This document shows, in pieces, positions 10,720 to 19,650 of a stretch of 64,000 nucleotides of DNA. The notes beneath the pieces were generated by a model. That model searched no databases, had not been told where the DNA came from, and saw only the letters and a list, made by a program, of their open reading frames with translations. The DNA lies in the NCBI GenBank assembly GCA_031425235.1, contig JANPIZ010000004.1, positions 62 through 64,061 of the forward strand. The letters run 5' to 3'. Each line of letters begins with the position of its first letter. Position 1 is the first letter of the stretch. The DNA is from Candidatus Nomurabacteria bacterium. Its GTDB lineage: Bacteria > Patescibacteriota > Minisyncoccia > Phycocordibacterales > UBA9973. The position numbers and the translations under genes are program-made.

Positions 10720-11505
10720 TTATAATTTACCCATCTGTGCAATATCTAATAATTCCTTGTGTAGTGTTCCGTTAGAAACCACACAACCTAATCCGTCTTG
10801 GTCCCATCTTCGTTCTTCTCCATTCAAGTCAGTCACCTTGCCTCCAGCTTCTTCTGTTATAATTTTCAACGCAGCTGCATCATGACCCCACTTATGATAA
10901 AACACCGCTCCTACATACTTCCCATTAGCTACTTGTATAGCACCGTAAATAAAAGAAGGATATTTCATTACTGCACATTTCTTTTCACTTAATGCTTTCA
11001 TCAGTGGTAAATTTGAAAAGCCAATTGCTTTGCCTGAAGCTGCAATAGTAAAGTATGTGTTCTCAAAAGTGGTATCCTTTGATACAGAAATATTCTTACC
11101 ATTTCTATATGCTCCACTACCTTTGTATGCCCAATACATATTTTTCATTACTGGGTCGTTGATTAAGCCAAGAACTGGCTGACCATCTGATTGATTCACC
11201 AAGGCAATAGAAAAAACAAATATAGGTAATCCCACAGAAAAAGCCATTGTTCCATCTATGGGGTCACACACCCAGATATATTCAGAACCCTCTTTAATAT
11301 CACTTTTTTCTTCGCCATAAATACTATGAGTTGGGTATGTTTCATTTATTCTTTTTATAACCAAGTCATTTATTTCTGTATCAGCCCTAGTCAAGGGAGT
11401 ATTATCACCCTTCCAAGTGGCTTCAGTTTCAAAGCTAAAATACTTCAAAGCTATTTCTTCAGCTTCTTTTGCAAGTTTTTTTGTAAATTCAAGATATTCT
11501 TCCAT
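10720..11505 (-). CDS. Inositol monophosphatase family protein (SuhB/CysQ-like)
   Basis: WVCDPIDGTMAF (DPIDGT) and downstream metal-binding motifs of the IMPase fold. Confidence 0.85.
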   Translation of the reverse strand: MEEYLEFTKKLAKEAEEIALKYFSFETEATWKGDNTPLTRADTEINDLVIKRINETYPTHSIYGEEKSDIKEGSEYIWVCDPIDGTMAFSVGLPIFVFSIALVNQSDGQPVLGLINDPVMKNMYWAYKGSGAYRNGKNISVSKDTTFENTYFTIAASGKAIGFSNLPLMKALSEKKCAVMKYPSFIYGAIQVANGKYVGAVFYHKWGHDAAALKIITEEAGGKVTDLNGEERRWDQDGLGCVVSNGTLHKELLDIAQMGKL

Positions 11506-11600
11506 ATGTTAATTCTATCATTTTTTCTTCTTTTTCATATCTTCGAGCCACATATCAAAGAATATGTCCGCCATTTGCTCCATTTGGCCTTTGATTAGCA

Positions 11601-11630
11601 TGATTAGCAAGAACCGTTCTTGCTAATCCT
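11601..11630. repeat. Perfect 14+14 palindrome gattagcaagaacg|cgttcttgctaatc, followed by tandem cttgctaatcc x2
   Basis: Read directly from the sequence. Confidence 0.8.
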
Positions 11631-11642
11631 TCTTGCTAATCC

Positions 11643-11659
11643 ATGCGCGATCGACCGGA
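11643..11659. repeat. 17-nt direct repeat of the tRNA-Asp 3' end (atgcgcgatcgaccgga, also at 11813-11829)
   Basis: Exact match read from the sequence; att-like footprint. Confidence 0.8.
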
Positions 11660-11815
11660 ATCTTTCCCTCGACTAAAAGTTTTCCGTCGAAAACTTTTGT
11701 CTGGGCACCGCCTCACGGTTTCGACTGCTGTCAAAACATCGCTCCGGCGTTCAAGTCCTTAAAATGCTACTCATTTTATCGCTCACGCAAAAGCCCCTTT
11801 CGGGGCTTTGTTATG

Positions 11816-11889
11816 CGCGATCGACCGGACTTGAACCGGCAACCTCTTCCGTGACAGGGAAGCGCTCTAACCAGTTGAGCTACGACCGC
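11816..11889 (-). tRNA. tRNA-Asp (anticodon GTC)
   Basis: Revcomp: GCGGTCG acceptor, GCTC-AACTGGTTA-GAGC D-arm, CTTCC-CTGTCAC-GGAAG anticodon arm, GCCGG-TTCAAGT-CCGGT T-arm. A rho-independent hairpin (11790-11811) lies just 3' of it on the minus strand. Confidence 0.85.
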
Positions 11890-11945
11890 ATGTATATAAC
11901 TTACCTTAAAACAAGGGAAATTTCAATCATTAGTTTCCCTTATTG

Positions 11946-12019
11946 TGTCGACGGGTGGAATCGAACCACCGACCTTGGCTTTATGAGTGCCATGCTCTAA
12001 CCATCTGAGCTACGCCGAC
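11946..12019 (-). tRNA. tRNA with CAT anticodon (Met, or Ile2 if lysidine-modified)
   Basis: Revcomp: GTCGGCG acceptor, GCTC-AGATGGTTA-GAGC D-arm, anticodon loop CTCATAA, GGTGG-TTCGATT-CCACC T-arm. The anticodon stem has one A:A mismatch. Confidence 0.7.
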
Positions 12020-12105
12020 ATGTAAGAAAATATAGCATTTTTTAACAAAAATTCAAATTTTGGCTCATTGAGCAGAACGCCAAAATTTGTTAAAGTTAAG
12101 CTATT

Positions 12106-14355
12106 GTGGAACTTTCAGACAAGCTCGAATTAAAATTTAAACTCGATATTAATCAGAAAAAAGCTCTCAAAAAGTTAGGTCTTTTTTCAGTGGCTGACCT
12201 ACTTTTCCACTTCCCTGTCAGATACAGCGACATAAGCACAGTCATGAAGATTGCGGATGTACGCCCTGGAGATAGTGCTACTGTGTACGGAAAAATCTCC
12301 AAACTAAAAACAAAGAAAGGTTTTAAGTCAAAAATATCCATGGCTGAAGGTGAGATAGAAGACATGTCAGGAAAAATGAAAATAACCTGGTTCAACCAAG
12401 CGTATCTCGCAAAAATGATACGCGATGGTGAGATGGTCAAACTCACTGGGAAGGTAACACAACCTGCCCGCAATGCTTCTAGCATAGCTAGTGCAGGCGG
12501 GGGTAAACATGGTGTATATCTTGCAAACCCTGAGGTAGAAAAAATACCCAACATGCCGATCGATGCTCACGATACATTATTTAAAAAAGATGCAACTGTA
12601 AACACTGGATTCTCTTATCCCGTATATGCGGAAACGAGAGGTATTACAAGCAAATGGCTGTACCACGCGATTGAAAAAATATTCAAAGAACGCACCCTCG
12701 ATGCGATCCTCGACTATATTCCCGAAGAGATTTTGAAAACATATCATCTTCCCTCTTTAAAAACTGCCCTCGTATGGATACACACACCAAAAAACAAAAA
12801 AGATGCCGAAAGTGCTCGCAAACGGTTCGCTTTTGAAGAAGTATTTTGTATCCAACTCGAACGACAGCATGATAAATATGAATATCGAAAAAATAAATCA
12901 TTCCAAATAACCCCAACAAAAAAAAGTGTTCAAGAATTTTTAAGCCGCTTCCCTTTTAAGCCAACAAATTCACAAACCAAGGCAATAGACACAATTTTTA
13001 CCGACATGGAAAAACAGTTTCCCATGTCACGACTTCTCGAGGGTGATGTCGGCTCTGGTAAAACTCTCGTCGCCGCCACAGCAGCTTATGCCACAGCAAA
13101 AGAACGCCCGCATAATGATAAAGGAGAAAAACAAAATTTTGGGAACCTGCAAGTCGCCTATATGGCACCGACGGAAATACTGGCTACCCAGCACTTCGAA
13201 TCATTTATAAAATACTTTTGTTCATCCCGCCAAGGCGGGGCAAGCCTACCGATACAAGTCGGACTCATTACTGGCTCGGGTTGTCGTAAATTCCCTTCTA
13301 AATCAAACCCAGATACGTGGACTGCTATTTCCCGAGCCCAATTATTAAAATGGGTGGCGAATGGAGAAATACCCATATTAATAGGCACCCACGCCCTTAT
13401 TCAAAAAAGTGTGAAGTTTAAAAATCTGGCACTAGCCATTATCGACGAGCAACATCGTTTTGGTACCGCACAAAGAAGTAAGCTAGTGCGCAAAGATGCA
13501 AACGGGGCCATCAGCGCGCCTCATTTATTATCAATGACGGCTACGCCTATCCCGCGCACGCTGGCACTTACTATTTATGGTGACCTAGATTTATCACTAC
13601 TCGACGAAATGCCGTCAGGTCGAAAGCAAATAATTACTGAAATAATTACCCCAAATAAACGTGATGAGACATATGAGAAAATAAGAACCGAGCTCGGAGC
13701 CGGCCGCCAACTATATGTAATTTGCCCGAGAATTTTTGAACCTGACCCAGAAAAAGAGCTCGCCCTCAACGTAAAATCAGCTGTCGAAGAAGCCAAGCGA
13801 CTCAAGAAAGAAGTATTTAAAGAATATGAAATCGATGTACTCCATAGCAAAATGAGTAAAGAGAAAAAAGAAGAAGTAATGCAGGAATTTACTCAAAACA
13901 AAATACAAATACTGTGTGCTACCTCAGTCGTCGAAGTCGGAGTGAACGTGCCGAATGCAACCGTCATCATCATCGAGGGAGCCGAACGATTCGGACTCGC
14001 CCAGTTGCACCAACTCCGTGGACGTGTCATCCGAAGTTCGGACCAAGCTTACTGTTACATTTTCGCTGAAGCGAAAACTCAGAAAACAATCGACAGATTA
14101 AATGCACTCAAAACTGCAAAAAATGGATTTGAACTTTCCGAACTCGACCTCACCCTCCGTGGTGCTGGTGAACTCGGTGGTACGAAACAATGGGGCATCA
14201 CTGACCTAGGAATGGAAGCTATAAAGAATATAAAAATGGTGGAAGCTGCTCGCACTGAAGCCGTCCGGCTCATCACCAAAGACCCTGAATTAAAAAAATA
14301 CCCGCTCCTCAAACAAAAAGTTCGTGAGAAGACCTCAGAATTCCACTTCGAATAA
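12106..14355 (+). CDS. recG: ATP-dependent DNA helicase RecG
   Basis: 749 aa; N-terminal wedge/OB region, Walker A GDVGSGKT, DEQHRFG, QLHQLRGRV helicase motifs. Confidence 0.9.
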   Translation: MELSDKLELKFKLDINQKKALKKLGLFSVADLLFHFPVRYSDISTVMKIADVRPGDSATVYGKISKLKTKKGFKSKISMAEGEIEDMSGKMKITWFNQAYLAKMIRDGEMVKLTGKVTQPARNASSIASAGGGKHGVYLANPEVEKIPNMPIDAHDTLFKKDATVNTGFSYPVYAETRGITSKWLYHAIEKIFKERTLDAILDYIPEEILKTYHLPSLKTALVWIHTPKNKKDAESARKRFAFEEVFCIQLERQHDKYEYRKNKSFQITPTKKSVQEFLSRFPFKPTNSQTKAIDTIFTDMEKQFPMSRLLEGDVGSGKTLVAATAAYATAKERPHNDKGEKQNFGNLQVAYMAPTEILATQHFESFIKYFCSSRQGGASLPIQVGLITGSGCRKFPSKSNPDTWTAISRAQLLKWVANGEIPILIGTHALIQKSVKFKNLALAIIDEQHRFGTAQRSKLVRKDANGAISAPHLLSMTATPIPRTLALTIYGDLDLSLLDEMPSGRKQIITEIITPNKRDETYEKIRTELGAGRQLYVICPRIFEPDPEKELALNVKSAVEEAKRLKKEVFKEYEIDVLHSKMSKEKKEEVMQEFTQNKIQILCATSVVEVGVNVPNATVIIIEGAERFGLAQLHQLRGRVIRSSDQAYCYIFAEAKTQKTIDRLNALKTAKNGFELSELDLTLRGAGELGGTKQWGITDLGMEAIKNIKMVEAARTEAVRLITKDPELKKYPLLKQKVREKTSEFHFE

Positions 14356-14506
14356 ATAATATAAACAAGTTTCATTTTGCCTGCCCCGTAGTCAGCTTTG
14401 CTGTACTACTGGGGAGTAAAACTTGAATTAACTATATATATATGCTTTTATTGTTTTGGAGGCACACGAAACAAGTTTTGTTTAACTTGTCGGTTGTTGT
14501 AAACGT

Positions 14507-14773
14507 ATGACTGATGAAGAGAAAGATATCTGGGCAAAAGATATTATTAGCCTAGCAAAAAGCGTGGGAATAAAATTGGTTCATATTAAACCAAGCAAAT
14601 CGAAGGAAAAAGACTACAGAAAAATAGGGAAATATTATTATTTTCAAGAACGAGGTTTTTGGAAAATATCGACAAATAAACCTAGGAAGATTTTCTACTA
14701 TGGAAAAAATCCTTCCTTTGATCCTGAAAAGGATATGCTGGAAATTCAAAATCGTAAAAAAAGTCCTGGGTAA
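14507..14773 (+). CDS. Hypothetical protein
   Basis: 88-aa ORF, Lys-rich, no recognised family. Confidence 0.3.
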   Translation: MTDEEKDIWAKDIISLAKSVGIKLVHIKPSKSKEKDYRKIGKYYYFQERGFWKISTNKPRKIFYYGKNPSFDPEKDMLEIQNRKKSPG

Positions 14774-14789
14774 CACCAGGCTTTTCTTT

Positions 14790-15356
14790 TTATTTATAGT
14801 CTGGAATGATTTCTTCACGACCACCAACACGGCTCGAGATGCGTGCCAATGCGTACAGTAAACTAGATAGTCTATTTAAGTACTGTAACGTGCTCGGCTG
14901 GATTTCTGTTTTCCCTTCTTCTTTCACTGCTACTACTCGCCTCTCAGCTCGTCGTGCAAGTGTTCGCGCAAAATCAAACATTCCACCGAGCTCGGTTGCT
15001 CCAGAGATAAAAAAGGTGCTTATAGGTGGTAAAACTTTTTCTATACCATCTGTTATACTTTCAACCTTTTTTATTTTCTCTTCAGTGATATTTTTTTCAG
15101 CACCAGCTACTTCGGCTTGAACTATAAAAAGGTTTTGCTGAATTTCTAAAACAACATCTGCATACTGCATACGAGGAGTTTCGGGATGGTCGCATTCAAA
15201 ACCACTCGCAGCAGACTTCGCCCGAACAAACCCCAAAAAAGAATTCACTTCGTCGAGTGTCCCAAGCGCTTCGGCTATAAGCGAGCTTTTAGAAACCCGT
15301 TGATCGCACGCAAATGTTTTCGTATTTCCATCGTCTCCTTTTCTGGTGTATAGCAT
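14790..15356 (-). CDS. ATP:cob(I)alamin adenosyltransferase, PduO-type
   Basis: MLYTRKGDDGNTKTF...RVSKSSLIAEALGTLDEVNSFLG matches the PduO/MMAB N-terminal consensus (IYTRTGDxGxT...AYGxxDELNS). The ORF could start 16 codons earlier, at 15404. Confidence 0.8.
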   Translation of the reverse strand: MLYTRKGDDGNTKTFACDQRVSKSSLIAEALGTLDEVNSFLGFVRAKSAASGFECDHPETPRMQYADVVLEIQQNLFIVQAEVAGAEKNITEEKIKKVESITDGIEKVLPPISTFFISGATELGGMFDFARTLARRAERRVVAVKEEGKTEIQPSTLQYLNRLSSLLYALARISSRVGGREEIIPDYK

Positions 15357-15496
15357 AAATCTTAAGAAATTAAATTCTTTCTTGGCATACTTTTTATAAA
15401 GCAATCTATCTGGCTGGGCTCAGCCAGCGAACTGCTTGGCTCGACAGCCTACGCAAGGCTTTCTAAAAAGTACGCCTGCAACAAATTTAATTTACT

Positions 15497-17809
15497 TTAT
15501 ATCTCACAAACTCCTGACACACATGCAAGCTCTTTTGCTCCTATTGTATTATCCACGTTTTCGTATTGAGAGAGCTTTGAGAAATCAATTTTACCGATAG
15601 CTTTTGTTCGCTTTTCATATTCCTCTTTTGTTATCTCTTCATATGGAGCGAGTTGGTATACGTGTTCAGATCGTGGCAAGAATGACATACCACCAACGAA
15701 ATCCCAGTTTTCATATACGAAGTTTCCAACTGCAATCCATTCATCAGGACCTACGTATATAGTCGCTGACGGATTGTGCTCAACAAAATGCTCCTTGAGT
15801 CGCTTCCACTCTTTCATGAGGTCGAGGGCTGATACTTCATCTTTAAAGATTGCTCCATTAGGGGCTTTCACTGGAAATTCAAGTACGAATGTCGTTGCGG
15901 TGTCTTCAGCTTGGCCGACTTCTGGCACACATGGAACTCCTTGATCGCGAGCCATTTGAAGCAATGTATCAGTGTGAGAAATTCGAACACGTCGAACGAA
16001 GTATGGTGCATACCATGGGTGCATACCAGAGCCAACACCAAGAAGCTGTCCTGAATTTCCATGAGGCTTCACACATGTAATAGCTGTTGATTGATTGATA
16101 CCAAAACGCTTTGCGTATTTTTTATTTACTTCGACAGCATGAGCCTTCATCATGTCAAGTATTTTATCCTCGCGAACGATAGGGTTATCATAATATCCGG
16201 TAAGTGATACTCCAAGTAATCGCTCTGCATCACAATTCTCTTTCCACTTTTTTGAAAGGTACCCAAAGTTTGTGAGGGTTGACTGATATGTTCCGAGTAG
16301 TGTTGCAAGTTCTATTTTTTTCTTTAGTGTAGCGGCTGTATCATTAGGGCGGACCACGATACTCGTCAAATTACAAAATTGCTTTGATCGAAGATAAATT
16401 TCTCCGCATGGATTGAGTCCAATTTGTCGTTCATCTTTAATAGCATCCCAGCGTCGTGCTGGTAATTGCTTTTCGAGTCCTGCTCGATTGAAAATACCTC
16501 GCTCCCCTGACTTTGATTTCACGAGTGCAGTCCATTCATCTAAAAATTCTTCTGCGCTTGGCTTTGCGTTGTACACTGCTGAGTTGTTAGCCATCGCACG
16601 TTGACCTTCAGTTATATAGAATTGTCCTTTCTTTGCATCACGCATTTCTGTGTCTTCGAGCTCAGAAAGTGAGATAAGTGCACTACGTCGTACACCTCCG
16701 GCTACTACTATCAAACCGATCTGGCAGATGAGGTCATGCATATCGATGTTTGAAAGTCGGCGACCTTGCTTGGATAAAATTTTTCTTTTTGCGAAGTCCA
16801 TCAAATCCATCAGTGGCTGTGGTCCTGAAGCTTTACCTCCGGCTGTTTGCAATCGTGCACCAGCTGGCCGAACCATACTGTAATCAAACTTCATGTCTTT
16901 ACCATCAAACCACGCATCGAGACCTTTTACAAAGGCATCAGCCCAGCCTTCCTTACTGTCGATAACTACATGAGTAGGAACTTTGCCAGTAATTTGCTTC
17001 TTGATCTGTGGAAATTTTTGAACATTTTCCCATTCCACAGCAAAGCCAAGCCCTGCTCCACACATAGAAACGTACATTATTTCACCAAGGTCTTGCGTAC
17101 AGGTAGGTGCAATATATGAACAGTTGTAAGCCCATACATTTGATTGACGACACGCCTTGCCCGCTGACCACAACAAACGCATCGAAGGGCAAATATCTTG
17201 ATTAATTATAGCTTCTCGAACATCAGCATATTCCTTATTAGTGAGCTTGGTACCTAGGTTCTCTTTCATGTAATCCATATATCGATTGATCGTCTCGATC
17301 CATGTCTCACGACGGCCGAGTTCGGGTATCCAGCGAGAATAGAACTGGTAGAAAATATATTCTGAATATGGACTCGAGAAATATTTACTTGATTCTTCAA
17401 CTGCAAGCTTTACAGCTTCTGGCACTGGACCAAACTGAGCTCGAAGTTCAGAACGTTTGCTTCGGTACAAAATATATTTTTTAGCAGTCTCGGTAAAGTT
17501 ATTTTTCATTAACTCTTGTTCAACAAGGTCTTGCACTATCTCAACCGTCGGTAAAAATGTTGCACCTTTATTTTCTTTGAGAAGTCTTGCTTGTAATTCA
17601 ATCAAACTCTTGAAAACACTGTTGGCAACTTTTCGTGACTCCACCTCACCTCCTTCTTGTGTCACTTCAAAAGCTTTGACTACTGCACCGAGTATTATCT
17701 CCAAATCGAAAGGCATAACTTCACCACTGCGTTTTCGGATTGACTTTATCTTTGAGAGTTCACTTTTTGATAATTTGTTATTTGTGGTTGTTTTGGATTT
17801 TGATTTCAT
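15497..17809 (-). CDS. nrdJ: Adenosylcobalamin-dependent ribonucleotide reductase (class II) with N-terminal ATP-cone
   Basis: 770 aa; ATP-cone (KRSGEVMPFDLEII), class II active-site motif IGLNPCGEIYLRSKQFCNLTS, C-terminal Cys pair. Confidence 0.85.
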   Translation of the reverse strand: MKSKSKTTTNNKLSKSELSKIKSIRKRSGEVMPFDLEIILGAVVKAFEVTQEGGEVESRKVANSVFKSLIELQARLLKENKGATFLPTVEIVQDLVEQELMKNNFTETAKKYILYRSKRSELRAQFGPVPEAVKLAVEESSKYFSSPYSEYIFYQFYSRWIPELGRRETWIETINRYMDYMKENLGTKLTNKEYADVREAIINQDICPSMRLLWSAGKACRQSNVWAYNCSYIAPTCTQDLGEIMYVSMCGAGLGFAVEWENVQKFPQIKKQITGKVPTHVVIDSKEGWADAFVKGLDAWFDGKDMKFDYSMVRPAGARLQTAGGKASGPQPLMDLMDFAKRKILSKQGRRLSNIDMHDLICQIGLIVVAGGVRRSALISLSELEDTEMRDAKKGQFYITEGQRAMANNSAVYNAKPSAEEFLDEWTALVKSKSGERGIFNRAGLEKQLPARRWDAIKDERQIGLNPCGEIYLRSKQFCNLTSIVVRPNDTAATLKKKIELATLLGTYQSTLTNFGYLSKKWKENCDAERLLGVSLTGYYDNPIVREDKILDMMKAHAVEVNKKYAKRFGINQSTAITCVKPHGNSGQLLGVGSGMHPWYAPYFVRRVRISHTDTLLQMARDQGVPCVPEVGQAEDTATTFVLEFPVKAPNGAIFKDEVSALDLMKEWKRLKEHFVEHNPSATIYVGPDEWIAVGNFVYENWDFVGGMSFLPRSEHVYQLAPYEEITKEEYEKRTKAIGKIDFSKLSQYENVDNTIGAKELACVSGVCEI

Positions 17810-17814
17810 AAAAT

Positions 17815-18384
17815 TTAAATTGTTTTAGGGTTAAGAATGTTGTTAGTTGGGAGAGAGTATGTTTGTTTCTTCCGAACAAGTAGGTTATAGATAGCTGGTG
17901 ATAAGATAAAGGCAAATGTAATGTTGCCTAAGAGGTGTAATAGAGTGAACGGTATTTGTCCGATGAGTGCTTGTAGAAAAGATTGGTGGAAGAACAACGG
18001 ACCGACAGTGAGTCCTGTGGCGGCGTCGAAAAACAAAGTTCCGATAACCGCACACTGAACGAAGTGCCATCTATCGGGCTCATATTTTTTAAAATAATAG
18101 TATGAAAAAATCGCGACAAGTCCGTATGCTCCGGCTGTAAAAAAAGTTTGTATACCGAGCGTCGAGGTGAGTGTATCGTAGATGACAATGCTTAGTACTG
18201 CAAAATAAAATCCAGTGAGTGCTCCAAAATATTTACTAAAAGGCATCGTTACTGCCAAGATCGGTTCTATGTTTGGTGCCCGAAAAGGAATCAGTCGAAG
18301 GAGTAAAGAAAAAAATAATCCAAGAATAACTTTGGAAAATGTACTTACTTTTGTGAAAGATTTATCTTGTGTGTTCGGCTCCAT
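17815..18384 (-). CDS. Small polytopic membrane protein, possibly an ECF-type S component or vitamin transporter
   Basis: 189 aa, ~5-6 TM; the only basis is that it is the first gene of the nrdJ/pduO-type operon. No motif-level evidence. Confidence 0.25.
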   Translation of the reverse strand: MEPNTQDKSFTKVSTFSKVILGLFFSLLLRLIPFRAPNIEPILAVTMPFSKYFGALTGFYFAVLSIVIYDTLTSTLGIQTFFTAGAYGLVAIFSYYYFKKYEPDRWHFVQCAVIGTLFFDAATGLTVGPLFFHQSFLQALIGQIPFTLLHLLGNITFAFILSPAIYNLLVRKKQTYSLPTNNILNPKTI

Positions 18385-18627
18385 GTCAAACTATTATACA
18401 TGAAACTAGCTTCAAAAAAGTGTGGATAACCACTCATTTTTGACTAAAAAACATAGAACAAAACATGTAACTTTAGTTGTCAAAAAAATGGTCAACAGAG
18501 CCATATATAACCATCGGTTTTTGAATCAAAAATATCATTCACCTCGGAATTTCATTTGCGCTGGATTTCTACTAGTCCCCCTTTTGGAATAGGGCAAGGA
18601 CATTTCTGCTTAACTTAATTTATAACC

Positions 18628-19230
18628 TTATTTTAATATAGTATCCCCGATAGGTTTGATATCATCCATGAATGGAAACTCCTTTGGATCTATTCTTAGC
18701 TTTGCGATAGGCTTAATCGGTAATCGACTTACCCATTCATCAATAGGAACGCCTTCATCGCTAGTTCCCTGCTCAAATGCGTTTTTATCTAAAATATAAA
18801 TAACCCCTACAGACCATGGTTTACTTTTCAGCATTTCAACCTCAACCTTAAAATCATAAAATATTTTTATTGTTCCATCATTTACTTTTCTTTTTGAAGT
18901 AGTACTCCTCCCATGAAACTTTTCTTTATCTCTAATCGCGTGAAAAATTGGGAGAATAGCGTCTGCTGTAGCATATACTGCATTTAAATTTCCAAACTTT
19001 TTTGATTTACAATTTGCTTGCCTTGGCTCTAATTCACCAACATCATAATTCGATCCATGTAGAAGTAGGTTTTTATTTTTAGTTAGATATTGCAAAATTT
19101 CTTCTTTAGGATATGAGAGATTGTAGTCTACAAAATCACCCTTACTAAGAAGAATTTTTTTGTAAAATTCTTCAAAAGATGCAATTTTTTCTTGGTCTGG
19201 AGATAATATTTCTTTTAAATTTTCTTTCAT
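18628..19230 (-). CDS. Hypothetical protein
   Basis: 200-aa ORF abutting the tRNA; no family recognised. Confidence 0.4.
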   Translation of the reverse strand: MKENLKEILSPDQEKIASFEEFYKKILLSKGDFVDYNLSYPKEEILQYLTKNKNLLLHGSNYDVGELEPRQANCKSKKFGNLNAVYATADAILPIFHAIRDKEKFHGRSTTSKRKVNDGTIKIFYDFKVEVEMLKSKPWSVGVIYILDKNAFEQGTSDEGVPIDEWVSRLPIKPIAKLRIDPKEFPFMDDIKPIGDTILK

Positions 19231-19232
19231 TG

Positions 19233-19306
19233 TCCGCCTGCTACGATTCGAACGTAGGACCCTCGAGGTATAAGCTCGATGCTCTAACCAACTGAGCTAC
19301 AGGCGG
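19233..19306 (-). tRNA. tRNA-Ile with UAU (TAT) anticodon
   Basis: Revcomp: CCGCCTG/CAGGCGG acceptor, GCTC-AGTTGGTTA-GAGC, TCGAG-CTTATAC-CTCGA (anticodon TAT), CTACG-TTCGAAT-CGTAG. All stems perfect; body resembles tRNA-Ile. Confidence 0.75.
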
Positions 19307-19312
19307 ATAATT

Positions 19313-19549
19313 TTATAATCTTTTTTTTAAGTACAGTCTACCAAATCCGGTTTTTAAAACTTTCTCTCTTTCTATTGCCTTCTTTTCACTTAAACACGCT
19401 TCATAATAAACTATTTCAAAAGGACGTCTATTTTTTGTTGTCTCTACAAAACCCTTATTGTGTTCTATTAAACGTTCTTTTAATTTTGAAGAAAAGCCTA
19501 TGTATAGCTTACCATCTTTTTTACTTTTTAGAACATAAGTATAGAACAT
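19313..19549 (-). CDS. GIY-YIG nuclease-domain protein (stand-alone, 78 aa)
   Basis: MFYTYVLKSKKDGKLYIGFSSKLKERLIEHNKG is the GIY-YIG motif. Confidence 0.7.
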   Translation of the reverse strand: MFYTYVLKSKKDGKLYIGFSSKLKERLIEHNKGFVETTKNRRPFEIVYYEACLSEKKAIEREKVLKTGFGRLYLKKRL

Positions 19550-19650
19550 ATTAAATTATTCAACTCACTGAGCCCTGCCCACAATGCTTACAGCATAGCT
19601 GTTGCAGGCGGGTAAGGGCGGATGACTTGGGTATATTTACTATATAAAAG

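Noticed and set aside
12153-14375. Antisense ORFs inside recG (12153-12554-, 13575-13850-, 14079-14375-)
   Set aside because: Overlap the high-confidence recG; spurious.
16413-17828. Plus-strand ORFs inside nrdJ (16413-17119, 17302-17828)
   Set aside because: Antisense to the class II RNR gene; spurious.
18385-18627. Possible cobalamin riboswitch in the leader of the B12 operon
   Set aside because: Only the 5' AAAAGGGGGA...GTAGAAATCC...GCGC portion resembles the consensus. No B12 box (GCCACUG) was found, so it is not called as a feature and needs a covariance-model scan.
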